Source: Klebsormidium nitens (Eukaryota > Plantae > Klebsormidiophyceae). From it: a stretch of 64,000 bases of DNA. The notes beneath the pieces were generated by a model that did no database searches, was not told the DNA's origin, and was given only the letters and a program-made list of their open reading frames with translations. Where the stretch lies: positions 287,291 through 351,290 of the forward strand of contig DF236976.1 in the NCBI GenBank assembly GCA_000708835.1, read 5' to 3'. Below are positions 1 through 13,362 of the stretch, one piece after another (within the stretch, counting starts at the first letter, position 1; the number at the start of each line of letters is the position of its first letter). A program made the position numbers and the translations under genes.

Positions 1-3000
1 GTTCTCCAGTGGCCGAAGCGCGTCCGAACCGTCCGGCAGGGCCTCGCGGAAGGAAGGCGACGGGCATCCTGCTCCGGGGGCGGAGTGGGGGGAGGTTCTG
101 CTCAATCCGGAGAGCGTAGATTGGGTTATCGGGTTTTATGCGAACTTGCGGCGGATTGGAGGCCTTCCGGGCCTGGCGGGGGGGTTGGGACAGGGCTGGG
201 AGGATGCCCCCCTCGCAGTGGCGGCACGCCAGGTCATCGTACTTTTGTGTGGGCTGACGGGGGAAGTATTTGGAAAGGACGAGGGTGCCAGGAGAGCGCA
301 CTTGCAACGGCTGCTGACGGGGGTGATGACGTGGCTGGTCCCTGCTGACGTGGCGGTGCAGAAGGCGGCAAATGGGAGTGAGGCGGAGCTGCTGGACGGT
401 TGCAGGTGAGACCGTACCCGATCTTTCGGTTTGTTCTGTTCTTCGACTCTCTTACGAAGCGTCGGAAGGAAATCTCCCCAAAAGTTCCTCCCCCTGACTC
501 ACGACCGGTCTGAAGCAAGTACGCTTCCTCAATGTCTTTATGAGCCCCCAGGAATGTTTGTGTCCTGGAAGCTCGTTTCTGAAGCCTCTTCTAGCGTCTG
601 ATTGTACTGTCCCTTCCCACGGTCCATGCTTTGTGCAGAATCTGAAGGCAACCTGCATGAGGGCCCGAAGGCCCTTCTCACCTGCGGCAAATCGTCGCCA
701 TCGTTCTTAAACCCCTCGTTGTATCCGACCATGAATCTCGAGCGCGTCCCTCCCTTTGATTTACCTGCCGGGCCTTCGTCACCCTTTATTTCTCTAGTTG
801 ACCTTTTCGAACTTTCGTATCATTCTGGAGACGTCTCCGTTTCATTTCTCAAAGAATTCAGTCTTCTGGTCTTTGCAGGGCGCTCGCCGCCCTCTCGTGC
901 CACTTTTCCGCCGCCGCGTTCAACCAGGCCGCCCCCCCGGCTGCTCCTGACCGCGCGGGCGCGATCCACTCCATCGCCGCGCTTTCCTCCGTGGTGATGT
1001 CAGCGGGCGGTGTCGCTGACGTCAGCAGCGAAACTTGGGCCGGAGAGGCCCTCGACAGCCTGCTGGACACGTGGATGCAGCTGATTGACCCTCCAACGAA
1101 ACACGTGTCCCCGCATGACGCCACGCCCACATCAGCAGCAGAGTCGGCAGGGGAAGTGTTCCGGGCGTATGTGGCTGCGGGGATAGCCTATGCGAAAGCG
1201 TCGGCGCATGAGGAGGACGACAGCTCGGAGCGAGTTCTAGCTGCGACGGCCGCACGGGACGAACGCTTGGCGGCAGCTGCGGGGCTGGCACGTGTCAGTC
1301 CGGCATTCGCTCTTCCGATGCTGAGTCAGCTTTTTGCCGAGCGGCGGGCAAGACTGCAGGCGTTAGCGCAAGCCGGGGGCGACTCGACGGAAACGATGGA
1401 AGAGTTATACTGGTTGCTGCTAGCGGTGGGACACGTCATGGCTGACGGGGGGGAGGGCGAGGACCCCGAGGTGCCGCATAGCTTATTGCAGCTGAGCATA
1501 AGGTATGCGACGGACGTGGACCGGGACCCTGTGACGGCGCTCTCAAGAGCCGTCCTCGACTTTGCATGCGTGGGCCTCAGCGCCGAGGGGCGCCATAGCT
1601 TATTGAGCCCTCGGCTTATGGAGGCTCTGGTTTGGTTCCTGGCTCGGTGGGCCGGTACGTACCTCATGCGGGAGCGGGGCCGTACCCGCTCGGCAGGGGG
1701 CGCTCAGAACGGTGTGAATGGGCACGGGCCGGTCAGCGAGGCCGAGGGTTACCCCGCTCTGGACGGGGCCTTTGGCGAGCAGAGTGGCGGAGCTAACACT
1801 TTGGAGGCCCTGTTACGGATCGCGCTCGTTTCGCTGCTCGAGTGGCCGGGGGAAAAAGACCTACAGGCAATGGTCTGCCAAAAACTCCTCCCCGCGCTAA
1901 CCCGCCGCAAAACCCTCTGCCGACACCTGGTGAAAATCGGCCCCTGGCAGGAGCTAGCTCAGGCGTTTGCAACCCTCGCACCGCCCCTTATCGCCATCGA
2001 AACCTCCCTCCAAAGGTCACTGAGCGAGTCCCTCTCTCGTGGAGCAATCGGCTTCGACGATAAAGAAACGGCAGCCCAGTACGTCGACTCGATTCTCGGA
2101 CCCGTAGTGAGACGTCTGGCGGAACTGGTGGGCACTCCGGAGTTTGGACACGTGGCGCAGCGACCGGACGTCCAAAATCTGGTCGGCGCGCTTTTGGAAC
2201 GCCTCAGGGGGGCGGCCAGAGCGTGCGGGCCACGGACTCAGACCCCCCTGTTTGCAATGGGGGTCGCCGCGTTTGAGCCGATGCTTGTGCTACTGCAGGT
2301 GAGGAGTCGGCGATGAGAAATGTTCCTGGACGCACGTCAACGGGCCGCTTTTGAGAGTTTCGGAACTGTGTCCCAAAGCTCTTTCAGGATCAGCAGATTC
2401 GAATGTTTATGAAAGCAAGCGCAGAGAAAATATCTCTTACCCGCTGTTTGAGCCGATGCTAGTGCTGCTGCAGGTGAGGAGTCGCAGTAAAAGCTTTCCT
2501 TTCTTAACGGCTTGTGTTTTTGGAGGCACGTCTGTGAGTTCTGCGCCTCATGCAGAACTCTTGAAAATGTTTCATGACGAGGTGTTTGTGGAGCTCTGTG
2601 TGGATAGCCTCAAGCAACTAAATGGGGGTAAAGGTCTTTTGACAAGATTAGGTGTATTGTGCCTTCTTGCCTTCTCTACTTCACAGTCGTCAAGTGGAGC
2701 ACTTGTGAACATGTGTGCGAATCTGTCAGGTACATGCCGAGCGAGGTCGCGTTCACTCCATACACTTATCCAGCTTTTTGTAGCTCCTTCTTCTTAGCGC
2801 AGAGCGTTTGTCTTTCCCGCAGGTTTACCACAATCAGCCGCAGATCGCGTACCTGGTTCTCAAGTTCGTGGTCACGTGGGTCGAGTCCCAAGTCGCGCAC
2901 CTGAGCCCCGACGGCATGGCCGCCATGCTGCGCTTCTGCCTGGCGCTCCTTCAGGTCTACTCCAGGAACAACATGGGCAAGGTAGGGGGCCGCTGACGTC

Positions 3001-5991
3001 ATAAGCCGGTTGATGACGTTGCTCTCAAATCACAGCTGCAAGTCTGAAGACTTATCGGTCCCTGGCAGGACTTGTTTTGCATCGGGCTTGCCATAAAACT
3101 TGTGAAACGACTCTGCGCTAAGGCACTGAAGTACATGTGGTCCTGCTGCTTTGCTCCTCACTTCAAGCATAGGGCTTTTTTGAGACATTTTCTGACCGCG
3201 TCTGGTTGAGTTTCTCGATGATAATGTTTGACTGGAGTCTAAGAAAGGTCATTTCCGCAATGCCATTATAAATCCGACTCTGACGGTGGTTATCAGGACT
3301 TTCGATAGCTCCGACTTTCATACTGCATTGTCCAATTAAAGAGATTGCAAGCAAATTGTCTGCAGTATGAAAACATCCCGCAGAAGATTAGTTTTTCCTA
3401 GAATACCCATCTTCTGGCTTACAGACTCTCTCGCATGGCTTCTATGTTCCCTCGTCGTTTCATGACGATCTCTGAAACGGGTCTGCTCATGCTCGGGCAC
3501 CTTGAAGTCGCGAGCAAGATGTTTGCACGGCCAGTCTGCATTTCAATGGTGCAAAATCCATGGAAGTCGACAGTATACCATCTCCCCGCCTTTGTCGAAC
3601 TATCGGATCCTCCGTCGAAAGAAAACAACATCTTGGGTGCGAGGTTGAGGGGTCCGAGATTATCATGGTTCCGACGTCGCTTCTTATGGTCGCCAGGTGT
3701 CGTTGGACGCTGGCTCCGCCCTGGCCAGCGAGAACCGCTCCGAGAAGTACAAGGACCTGCGCGCACTGCTGCTGCTGCTCATGCACCTCACGTCCAAGGA
3801 CCTGGTGAGTGGTCGGTATGCTTTGCAAATACTGCTCTTTGCGTCAAAGTCGGCACCCGAGCTCGGATCAGAACGCGCGTTCCTCGATCACGAGTCGCGA
3901 TGTCAATTCTCGATGTTCCCCTGCAACCCCCCCGGACGGACTCCGATGCGGTAGTAACCGCTAATTACCAGGGAACTCGGCCGGCCGAACCACAATAAGC
4001 GTTTCAGGGGGGATGTCTATCAAGGATCGAGGACCGACTTTGCCACTCGAGATCGAGGACCGCGCGTTTTGATCCGAGCTTGGGTGCCAAGTTTGACGCA
4101 AACAGCAGTACCGTACCAACGTTTGATTCCCTCAAAAAGTAGGCAACTATCTGGCCTGCCGAAAATCTCGGAAAATATTCGAGGGAGTGATGGACCAATA
4201 AGTTATATTGTGGCAGGTAACACAGGGTCTGCCAAACCCCTGGATCATTGCGAGGTCAGTCACTTGGCGTCGAACCTAACGAAATCAAACGCTCATGCGG
4301 TCTATGAGTAACAAGCAGCTATGAACATTGGAATCATTCACCGAGCGAACGAACACGATGAACCCCTGACCTCAGGATGCGCTCCGCACCCGCAGTTCAC
4401 CCTGACCCCCAACAAAAGCCAGTCGTCCCTGGCGCTTGACCTCGTGACCAATGGACCTCGTCAAACATAGATCGGAATATATGTTATTTTCACTTACCAC
4501 CGACCTTGCGCGACAAAGTAGTCAGCATTGCCCATACTGTGTGGGCCAAAGGATGAGAATGCGGACGTGGAGTTATCCCTTTGCCTCTTTATCTACTCGA
4601 CATGGTGATTGCTTCATCCAAGGCGCGTTTCAATGTTAATACCCACTGGTTTCAGAAGCTCCTCGCCTGTTCAGTCATCTCAGGAAGCCTTACCTAGGTC
4701 CTGAACTGTCATGGCTTTCACCACAAACGTTCGTACTCGTGACAGGTCCGTTCCCTTCTTGCTTACTTCTTTCTTGACCATTGTCAGCGGTGTCTTTCCT
4801 ACCGCAAGTCGGCGGTATCTGCAAACCCTTTGATTCATCGCACTTGTCTCGCAGGTCGATTTCGGCACCCCTACCGCCTCCCCCGGCGGCGAAGCCCCTG
4901 ACGTGGCGCAGGTCGTCTTCGTGGGCCTGTCCATCGTCATCCCGCTGATCTCGGTGGACCTTTTAAAGTTCCCCAAGCTCTGCCGCCAGTACTTCTCCCT
5001 CCTCGCGCACATGCTGGAAGTCTACCCGGAAAAGGTGGCCGGCCTGCCGCCGCCCCAGTTTGCGTCAATAGTCGCCACGCTCGACTTCGGGTTGCGACAC
5101 CAGGTGCGGCGTTCGAACTTTGTTGTCCAAAGTTTTGGTCTGGGTTCATGGCGGTTGTCGCGAGATCCACTTGTCGTGGATTCAGAAAAAAGTGTTACCT
5201 TACCGCCCAATCTCTCCATGTTTGTCGCGCCTTCCCTGCGAGAGCTCGTGCGACGCTGCAGAAATCTTGTCAGGGTTGTGAACAAACTTTGCCCTTCTCA
5301 GAGTCCCGGCAGCATCAGGTGCCAGATCAGATTAAGCACCTTTCGAGCTCTTGAAACCAGTGACGGCAGCTTTGTAACGGAGACTTTACCAGCCAATAGC
5401 TAACAATGTCGCAATGTGTTTGGCGGATTTGATCGGCCGCACTCTAAGGAAACCTAGGAGATTATTGAAGAAGGCATTCAGACAGGAATCTGGAATTTGT
5501 ACTTGTTTACCCACTATTCATACCAGCTGCTGACATTAACTTGTTGACCGCTGCAGGAGCCTGACGTCATTACGCTCTCGCTGGAGGCCCTGTCCGGGGT
5601 TGCCTCCTTCCACCACGTGGCGGCGTCCAGAGGCGAGCCCGGGCTGGGCGTACACGTGTCCGGAGCGTCCGAAAGTGTGCTCGCGCACTTTTTGCGAGCG
5701 CTTTTACACCTCCTCTTGTTCGAGGATTACAGCAGCGACATAGTCGAGCCCGCTGCGAATGCGCTCCTGCCGCTAATCTTGTGTGAACAGGCGCTGTATC
5801 AGAAGCTGGGGCATGAGCTCCTGACCGGACAGTCGGACGCAGAGTTACAGAACAGGTTAGCGTCCGCACTGCATACGTTACTAAGCATTAACGGAGTAGG
5901 GACGACCTTGGACAGGGGTAATAAACGGAAGTTCAGGCAGAATCTGCAAGCGTTCCTGACAGATGTGCGCAGCTTCTTGAGGACTAAGTAG
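1..5991 (+). CDS. XPO4: Exportin-4 (importin-beta family), 5'-truncated, spliced. Exons: <1-405, 879-2298, 2823-2981, 3697-3804, 4855-5103, 5557-5991 (TAG)
   Basis: GT-AG junctions join in frame. Translated segments resemble plant exportin-4 as I recall it: ELLDGCR|ALAALS, LLSPRLMEALVWFLARWAGTYLM, LLERLRGAARA, KYKDLRALLLLLMHLTSKDL|VDF, DLLKFPKLCRQYFSLLAHMLEVYPEKV, and the C-terminus LDRGNKRKFRQNLQAFLTDVRSFLRTK*. The frame is open from base 2, so the start lies upstream of the window. Confidence 0.9.
3830..4110. repeat. Fold-back (inverted repeat) element in an XPO4 intron, MITE-like
   Basis: Arm 3830-3914 matches the reverse complement of 4026-4110 at about 72/85 positions by hand alignment, with a 111-bp spacer. 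The outermost bases are TA on both sides. Confidence 0.8.
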
Positions 5992-6760
5992 GTCGTATAG
6001 TTGAATGAGATCAACAAATCCTTCAGAAAATAAATCTGGGAGCAGAGACAAACAAGTCACTGTCAAAGGTTCTACAAATAGAACGGAAGCTCATATGGTT
6101 GCTGGTGGATGTTGTGGATGTTGATTTGGCTGCACGTTGCACGCATACGGTGGGCTTAACGATCAACTGTTTGTTAAGCAGCTTCCCTTTGCCGCCTTCA
6201 TATAGTGCATTGAACAATCATGCTGATCAGCCACTTAAGCTTACGGGCAGCCTGACAAGTATAGTATAGTAGGGCCCATAGGTGATTGCCAACATATAGC
6301 GTTAATGATGTGATCCGTACGTTGATTTCAACATAGCAAGCAATCTTAAGAAGGCGTCATGCATATGCAGTGTGCCCGCTCAGCAACATGCGGTCATGCA
6401 GATAACCTCAAGCTATAAGAGCTCATGCCACGTGATTGATGCTCGGTGCGACAAATTGCAAGGCGGACTTAACAATCCAGATCTCTTCTCTCTTCAAAAC
6501 GCTAGCCACTTGGGCCACAGGCTTCTCCGGCACGCGGTAGATGTTCTGTTTATATGGATACAATCACTGTTGGAAGAAGAGCCTCACATGCGTAGGCACT
6601 GCGCAGAATGACCGTCTTGGTCATCCTGGTCTTCTCTCAGCCCGTCTGGTGTGAGCTTGATGAACATTGTTTATCGCTTCTCTCATTGACGACAGCGCTT
6701 CCGAGTATCTCGTACAGGAGGCCAATGCAGCGGGTACGCTCCGCAGGTGCTCCTGAACAC

Positions 6761-6962
6761 AAGATCCGAACCTAGTTGGTTTCAGAAGTGCTGATCGTGT
6801 AAAATCAAGATCATGGGAACGACGAAATTAAGATCCGAACCTAGTTGGTTCAAATGTGCTGATCGTGTGACATCAAGATCATAGAAACGACGTAGGTTCC
6901 GAACGTAGTTGGTTTTAAACGTGTTGACCTTGTGGAATCAAGATCATGGAAAAGACGAAATG
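6761..6962. repeat. Tandem repeat, 3 degenerate copies of a ~64-69 bp unit
   Basis: Unit AAGATCCGAACCTAGTTGGTT...GTGCTGATCGTGT...ATCAAGATCATGG.AACGACGAAA starts at 6761, 6830 and 6894. Confidence 0.9.
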
Positions 6963-7469
6963 AAAAAGCGTCCAGCGCTCCGTCCGATTTTGCTTTCTCA
7001 CGCACGCCCCGAGGACATGATCCAAGGTTGCATCGCACTGGCACTTCAAGTACAAGGAGCACAGCTGAAGATGGAAATTGAAGAAACGTAGTTGTAGTCT
7101 ATGCCATGGCAAAGAAGAGCTAGCGCAAAGTAGCAAATGCGCTGAATGAGGTGCAGACCCAGCCCTTTGGAGACGAAGGCTCGCCAAAATGATCTTCGGC
7201 GGGTGTATGATTTGTTTCCACACTAATTGAAGTGGTTACAGAAGGCTTGTTTGAGCCTCTTTAAGAAGGCATGTTTCAACCACTTTCTATGGAGACGAAT
7301 TTAATTTGGACAAGTAAGCATCGAATGGAAGTTTTTCACCAAAGCGATAGACGCGAATTGACTCGTCTTGTCTGACCCATACTTTGATCGGGGCTGAACT
7401 GAAGTGAAACGTAATTGAGTAGACAACCTCTATTTGCTCGTGAAGAAAAGGGAAAGGGCGAAAGCCTTT

Positions 7470-9517
7470 CTAATTAGTCTGAGTAGAAAAGGCAAGGTCT
7501 TGACCGAAAGACTGCAATCGCTTACAGCAAGCCATATCAATCCTGGCAAAACTTGCCCAGATTTGCACCAAGCTTTGCACAAGTAAAGTAATGGCCCCGT
7601 TCAAGGGCTGTGAATTGAGAGGGACAAACAACTGTCTCGAAACTGAATTCGGATGAGTCGTTCAGGAGTGAAAAGGCCCGCAGACTCGTGAGGCAAGCGC
7701 GAAAGGCCTAGAGAGGTACCTGCCACGTGTCAGGCTCCGCATTAAAGGCCTGCATCCATCGGACGTCCTCAGCTGCGCTTTGCAGGGCTGCGCAGTCCGA
7801 GGCAGCTTGCTGGAGCAGTGCTTGAAAGTCAGCCTGCGGACATAACAAGAGTCGAAGTCAGTCGGGTTACATAATCCATCAGGTTAGCCGGTCTTTAAAC
7901 GGTGGTATCGAAGTTGACTTTGCTTCGAAGCGTATGGTGGTGAACATCTTAAATAGCTGCAGTCACATGGTCTATCTAGAATTGGGCTACGGGTTTGAAA
8001 AACTTCGATGATGCTCAAGAACTGTCTTAGCAAGGATCTTCGTTCAGACTGATTTCAGTTTGCGGTTCCATGTGGATCCCTAATCTGTTCTAAGCATTCA
8101 GCAGTGTCAGGGACTCTGCTGAATCCCTGAAACTGCCATCCAGCAGAGTGCTCACAATTGAGTCGTGCACAGAGGCTGACCTGGAAGGCAGTCTCCACTG
8201 GGACGCTGTCCACTGAGTAGGGCTGCTGGAGCTTGGCAACAAGGCGGTCCTGCACAGTATGTGGCTTACGGTGTCAATTTCGAATTGCAAACATTAACTT
8301 CTGATCCGAACAAACATGATGATTCACAGTTAAGAAAGATCCTTATAGGCGACAAGCATATCAAACCACTAATGCTCTGGCTTTGAGCACGAAAAGCGAA
8401 GTGGTCTTGGGAAGCAGAACCAAGTAGCTCCTTTTCGTTTTGACTTCCTGAAAGTTGCGTGTTCAGGGGCACCAAATTCGTCCAAAAGGCACACTTGTTC
8501 TGCAAAAGCATCTGTGCTTACATGAAGCTTGATTAGCCCTTTTTCGCTTGCCCTCTACCTTGACTCCAATTGGAAGGGCAGGAACTATGTTACTTACCTT
8601 GTTCTGGATAATGCTTTGCAGAGCATCTGTGGCCTCTTTCAGGGCATCTGCTTTCATTTGGAGCTCTGACAAGTGGGTCAGATGCGCTGTCTCTGCTTCT
8701 AGCTGCATACAGTTATAACTTTGTTATCAGATTATCCCGGATCGAACTGAGAGTCTGATCTCTAATTTGACTGATCGCATGTCCTTCCACAATTTCGGCA
8801 GCTCTGAGGATTTATACCCGCCCAAAGAAGATCACAGGCCACAAGAAGCAAACGGAACACTGTCATTGTTGACAAAACATGCTACGCCACAATCAAGAAA
8901 CATCTGACTCAGGAAGTGAAGCAACGAAGCAAGTGCTTTGAATGAAGCACCAGAACTTTGCAGTTACCTGGCGCGTTTTGACCTCCACATCCAACTTCAC
9001 AAGCGTCCTCTGTATGTCTGATATCTCCTTCAGAAGGCGTATGAAGGGCTGGCTGAATTGGCACTCGTTGGGCTGACCCTCTTCCTTGCCCTCGACCTGT
9101 TCAATGTGCAAAGATTCACTAAGCCAATCTATTCGATTACAAGGGGCCCTGGCCCTTTGAAATAGCAGAAGCCTTCAGCTTGATGTTTTGCTGGGTCAAT
9201 GAGGGACTGATTCCCAAACACACAGAGCAGAATAGGAACTTAGTTTCATTGAGACTTCCTGCAGCAAAAGCACGTGCTGCTTTGCATCTACTATGTGGTT
9301 CAATCAGGGCACGGATCATCAGCAATGATTCTCACAGCCAAAGCTCATCACAAAATAGTACTAGATTGCACGTTACGCTGGATTCTCTAACTGCAGGTTG
9401 GCTTTTGTTGAAGAGGCTCACTTGAGGCTCCAGACCCAAACTGGAGGCTGTTGCCAGGATGTCGGCCATGCCTCCCAGCCGCTTAGCTGCCCTCACAGGG
9501 GGCAGCTGTGATGTCAT
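7470..9517 (-). CDS. AUG2: Augmin (HAUS) subunit 2, ~216 aa. Exons (minus): 9517-9422, 9096-8968, 8702-8598, 8249-8181, 7833-7720, probable last exon 7607-7470
   Basis: All-phase-0 GT-AG exons translate to KRLGGMADILATASSLG, FIRLLKEISDIQRTLVKLDVEVKTRQ, AHLTHLSELQMK..LQSIIQNK, DRLVAKLQQPYSVDSVPVETAFQ and ALLQQAASDCAAL..W.QAFNAEPDTW. These align by eye with plant AUG2 as recalled ([42 protein letters not shown]). The last exon is uncertain. Confidence 0.82.
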
Positions 9518-10226
9518 GTTGGAAGGAACTCTGGTGAACCAGGTACAGTGCAAGACGTTATACTTAGTATGATCACGACCGGCTTTCCAGAGGCCGCAGC
9601 ATCATTTTCACTTGCATACACTTGAAAAGCTGCTCATCATTTTGCCTATCTCATTCCTGCTGGTGTGCGCAGATAATCAACATCGGTCATAGATTCTTAA
9701 TATCGATCCTAAACCCTTCTCTGCATAAGCATCCAGAGAGCGCTCCTTTCGCAGAAGCCCTTTCAACGATAGCCGTTGAAGGGACGATGTCTTCTGCTTT
9801 GATTGTGGGCCTGCTGTACATAGCATTGATCAGGATCCTTCTCCACAGAACCAGCTTCGAGAATATTTACAGATTTAGTTTCTGTATCCCTTTCGAATAG
9901 GTAGCTCCAAGTTTTTGACGGGCAGGCCAGCGACAGCTGAACCGCCACCCGTTCTTCGAGCATCAGCCAGCTCGAACTGACACTTTAAAAATGCAAAGGC
10001 TTTCGTAGAAGACGCCTATCAAGAGCGAGTGTTCGAGCACTTGGCGGCGTCGGGACAGTGCCGGTTTCCCAGCCAATCAGGGCCATTCAGCGGGATTTTC
10101 AGTGGGGAAAATCAATTGACAGTGATGGCTCATTCTCCCTGGTTCTTTCCATGCAAACTGCCAGTGGTGCAGAGAGGATATCCAATTGCAGGATAGCAAG
10201 CTGGCGTGAGCGAGTCCAAAAATGCA

Positions 10227-12267
10227 ATGGACGCCTTCCTGCTTTCGCAAAGCGGCTACTGCCAGCTTTCCGGGGTCCCCACTAGGGGGAAGACCAGAAG
10301 ACATTCACCTGACAGGATACGCATTGCCCCTCAGGGAGCGACGAGTCCGGTGCCAACAACATGTGCAGCCTGTCAAAAGGTGGAAAATGCTTTTACTCAA
10401 ACTCTCCATCCAGCAAAACAATTGCGAGTCAAGAAGAAGCTGAGCCACTGGGTCAACCAACCATGCAGTATAGCTGCAATGGCAGCTGCAAAAGCTGGTT
10501 CAGAGTCGTCCGCTGATAAGGAATGCCTAGCGACACAAAATGTGACGCGCCGGCAGGGTCTAGCCAGGGTGGCAGCACTAACGCTCTTGAGCGCCCTTGC
10601 TGATGTCAGCAAGTGTTCAAAAGCCAGGGCTGACACGCCCTACTCGCAAACACAAGGCAAGCAGACGGTTGTGGGGCTGCTTAAAGGGTGAGTGTTTCTC
10701 ATCTTGCTGTGTGCAATTCTTTGAGGATACAGATACATTCAGCAGTTCTGCTGCATATTCATTGTTTCGAGTCGAATTGTTCTTGAAGTATGGGGGCTAT
10801 TACTACTATGGATTGTGCCCCAAGCTCAATCTTCAGTGCCCACTTTCCTCCTTCACTGTAATGCGAAGAGAACAATCTCATTCAGTGCCAATCCATAGCT
10901 GTGTGCCACATTTCAGTATTACAATGTTGAGACGATCTCCTCGATCTCGCCCCAGGTTGGTTCTTGGAACCATCACCACCCAGAAATGTAAGATGACTGA
11001 ATCAATCTCAATTGGATTGAAAAGCTAGTACTTTGATCGGTTCGACATGCGTAATCTGCCTCAAAGTAGGACATCTACACACGGTGAGCGGCTTGGTTAA
11101 AGATGGATGATTTCTCCGTCGCCATTTGATTTGGTTCTTGGAACTCAAAATCTGGTCAATGCATTAAAACGTCACCCTAAAACAAGGAACGACCACTCAC
11201 CGTCAAACCCTCTAGACTAATAACACCACTTACCATGTGCATGATCAGCCGCTCTTTTTAAGCAAAAGCCTTGATAGGCAGCTGGAACGTGTCTATTCCC
11301 AGGCGATTGCGCGCCTGCCCCTCCGACTACAACCCAAACTGCGTTTCCAGCGCCTCAAACAACGCCTCATACATGAGCCCTTGGGAGCTCCCCGAGCGGT
11401 TGCAAGGCCAAAGCAGCAAAGCGGCACAGGTGACTACAAACGCTGCCCTTTTTACCATTTGCAAACAGCTGGTGTGTTGTTCAAGTGATTCGAGGTTGTG
11501 AAAGTGAGACATTCGGAACGGTGGAAGGCTGTTCTGATTGATTGGGAGCAGTAAGCTGGGTAGTTTTGATTCGTCTACTTGAAACATTGTTATCCGGCGA
11601 GCAACTGAAAGGGCTGGCACGAGTCCTTTGACTTGGACAAGAAACCTTGTTTTGGAACCACTGAATCTCTGAAACCTTGTGCAATGACGTAGGCCATCGA
11701 AACGGCGGTGTTAGCAACCCAGAAGAATGCCACCATCCTGAAGTCGGAACCGATCGACGACAGTGAGTCCCATCATACGCGCTCCACGGTGCAGCAACCA
11801 TTTTGCCGTGTCAGCAACTATAGATACTTGATGCGAACAGATATCTTTGCTTCGAAGCCTCAAAGGCTGCGTTTCGTCTTTACGGCCTCTGCTTTCCTGG
11901 CCCCGAAGTTAGTTTGTTGGATGCTGAGCCGTTTGGCGGACAAAGCCCTGACGTCTGAATGAGGGCAGCGTGGCACCCGGTGACTTGACTTATCATCACT
12001 CGCTCCTCCTTTTGGAACCGACGTCCTTCCATTGCAGAGCACTACGTGTTGGCCGAGGTAGACGGACGGTTTGGCAGGGACCTGATAGAGTTCCTGGTCA
12101 AAAGGGACGTCGTCACGTATCGTTCCATTGCCGAAAAAGTAATCTTCGTCTACCCTTTCACGACCCCAATAAGTGACCTGGACGCCCAGAGAAAGCGTAT
12201 GGAGCAGCTCCGGCAGGAGATAGGGTGGAGACTTGTGGGTTGCGAGCTGATAGAATGCTACCAATAA
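10227..12267 (+). CDS. Thylakoid lumenal 17.9 kDa-type protein precursor, ~295 aa. Exons: 10227-10687, 11303-11429, 11693-11762, 12038-12267
   Basis: Bipartite transit peptide with a twin-Arg motif (TRRQGL), hydrophobic stretch and A-x-A site (ARA|DTP). The mature part (GLLKGRLRACPSDYNPNCVS, ATQKNA, YVLAEVDGRFGRDLIEFLVKRDVVTYRSIAEKVIFVYPFTTP) matches the plant TL17.9 family as recalled. Phases close. The start ATG could be a later one (10479). Confidence 0.85.
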
Positions 12268-13362
12268 AATGCGAGCCCGCAGTAGTCGAGGGCCATACGT
12301 GGTCGTTTGTCATGTTGGGTTCGTGACGTGGAATGAGTAAGGTGTTTCGTTCTGCACCATCAACATTACATATGACCAATTCTCCGTGAAAAACACCATG
12401 CAAGGCCATCTTGCTCCATACGTCCGTTATACCTCGTATCTTCAAAGATCAGGCGTCTTCGTAAATCTCTCCAATACAAACATTATCTTTGGTTCGAAGT
12501 AAGTTCTGGCTTAAGCAGCCGGTACCATTGCTTGCCACTAGACATGTGATCGAATACATGGCTCGTCACTTGCCAAAAATAGCTTTGCCGCGCCAGACTC
12601 ACTTGAGGATTGCGGTCATGGTCTGTAGATAGCTACCTGATAACCCACCAGTGCATGTGTCTCCCGAGCCACTTATAAAAGCAAGCTGGATGTATGCGCT
12701 ATATATAATCGACGAACGCGCGGGGCGCTCATAGCACTTTCCGACCGTCCTGCATCTTTGAGACCGACTGTACACTTGCTTGCGAGTTCCTTACAAGTTA
12801 GGCCCACCTTGCGGCCTATACGCAGCTGCATTCCGTCCAGAGTCCCAAATTTTGGAAGGATCGTGAACTTTAGCGATCGAGGTCGGAGGGTTTCCAATTG
12901 CACATCCATGTCAATCTGCATGCATGCGACCGCGTCCCAGTCCCAGTGGGCCCAACCAATAAATTTTTTTCAATGCTTAGAAGCTTAAGAGTGCGTTGTT
13001 TCTGCGCGCTATCTATATAGGCCGTGTGCCGCCGACTGCAAAACTTCATACATTCCAAGAAACTCTTTCGACTTCGTTCAGTTATTCGCATCCGTCCCCT
13101 TGTAACAAAGCTGATTTCACCCGCGCTTGTATGCCAGTTAGTAAAAACCTTTTTCTTCACTCAATGCATCGAACGGTTCAGCGGCATCGTGGGGGCATCG
13201 TCCGCGAGGCCAAACTGTAAGAAGCCCAACACAAAGCGGCAAGCGGCAACCGTGCGCGGGAAATCTTCATCTTGCGCTCGCGTTTTGTACATCCTACCCC
13301 GTCAGTTCCAACAAAATCAGGAACATGCGCTAGACGCCTTTGCTGACGATCTGGGAGCCCCG

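Noticed and set aside
7640-7710. Hammerhead-like words (GATGAGTC...GAAA)
   Set aside because: It lacks the CUGANGA core and the three flanking stems, and lies in an AUG2 intron near a donor.
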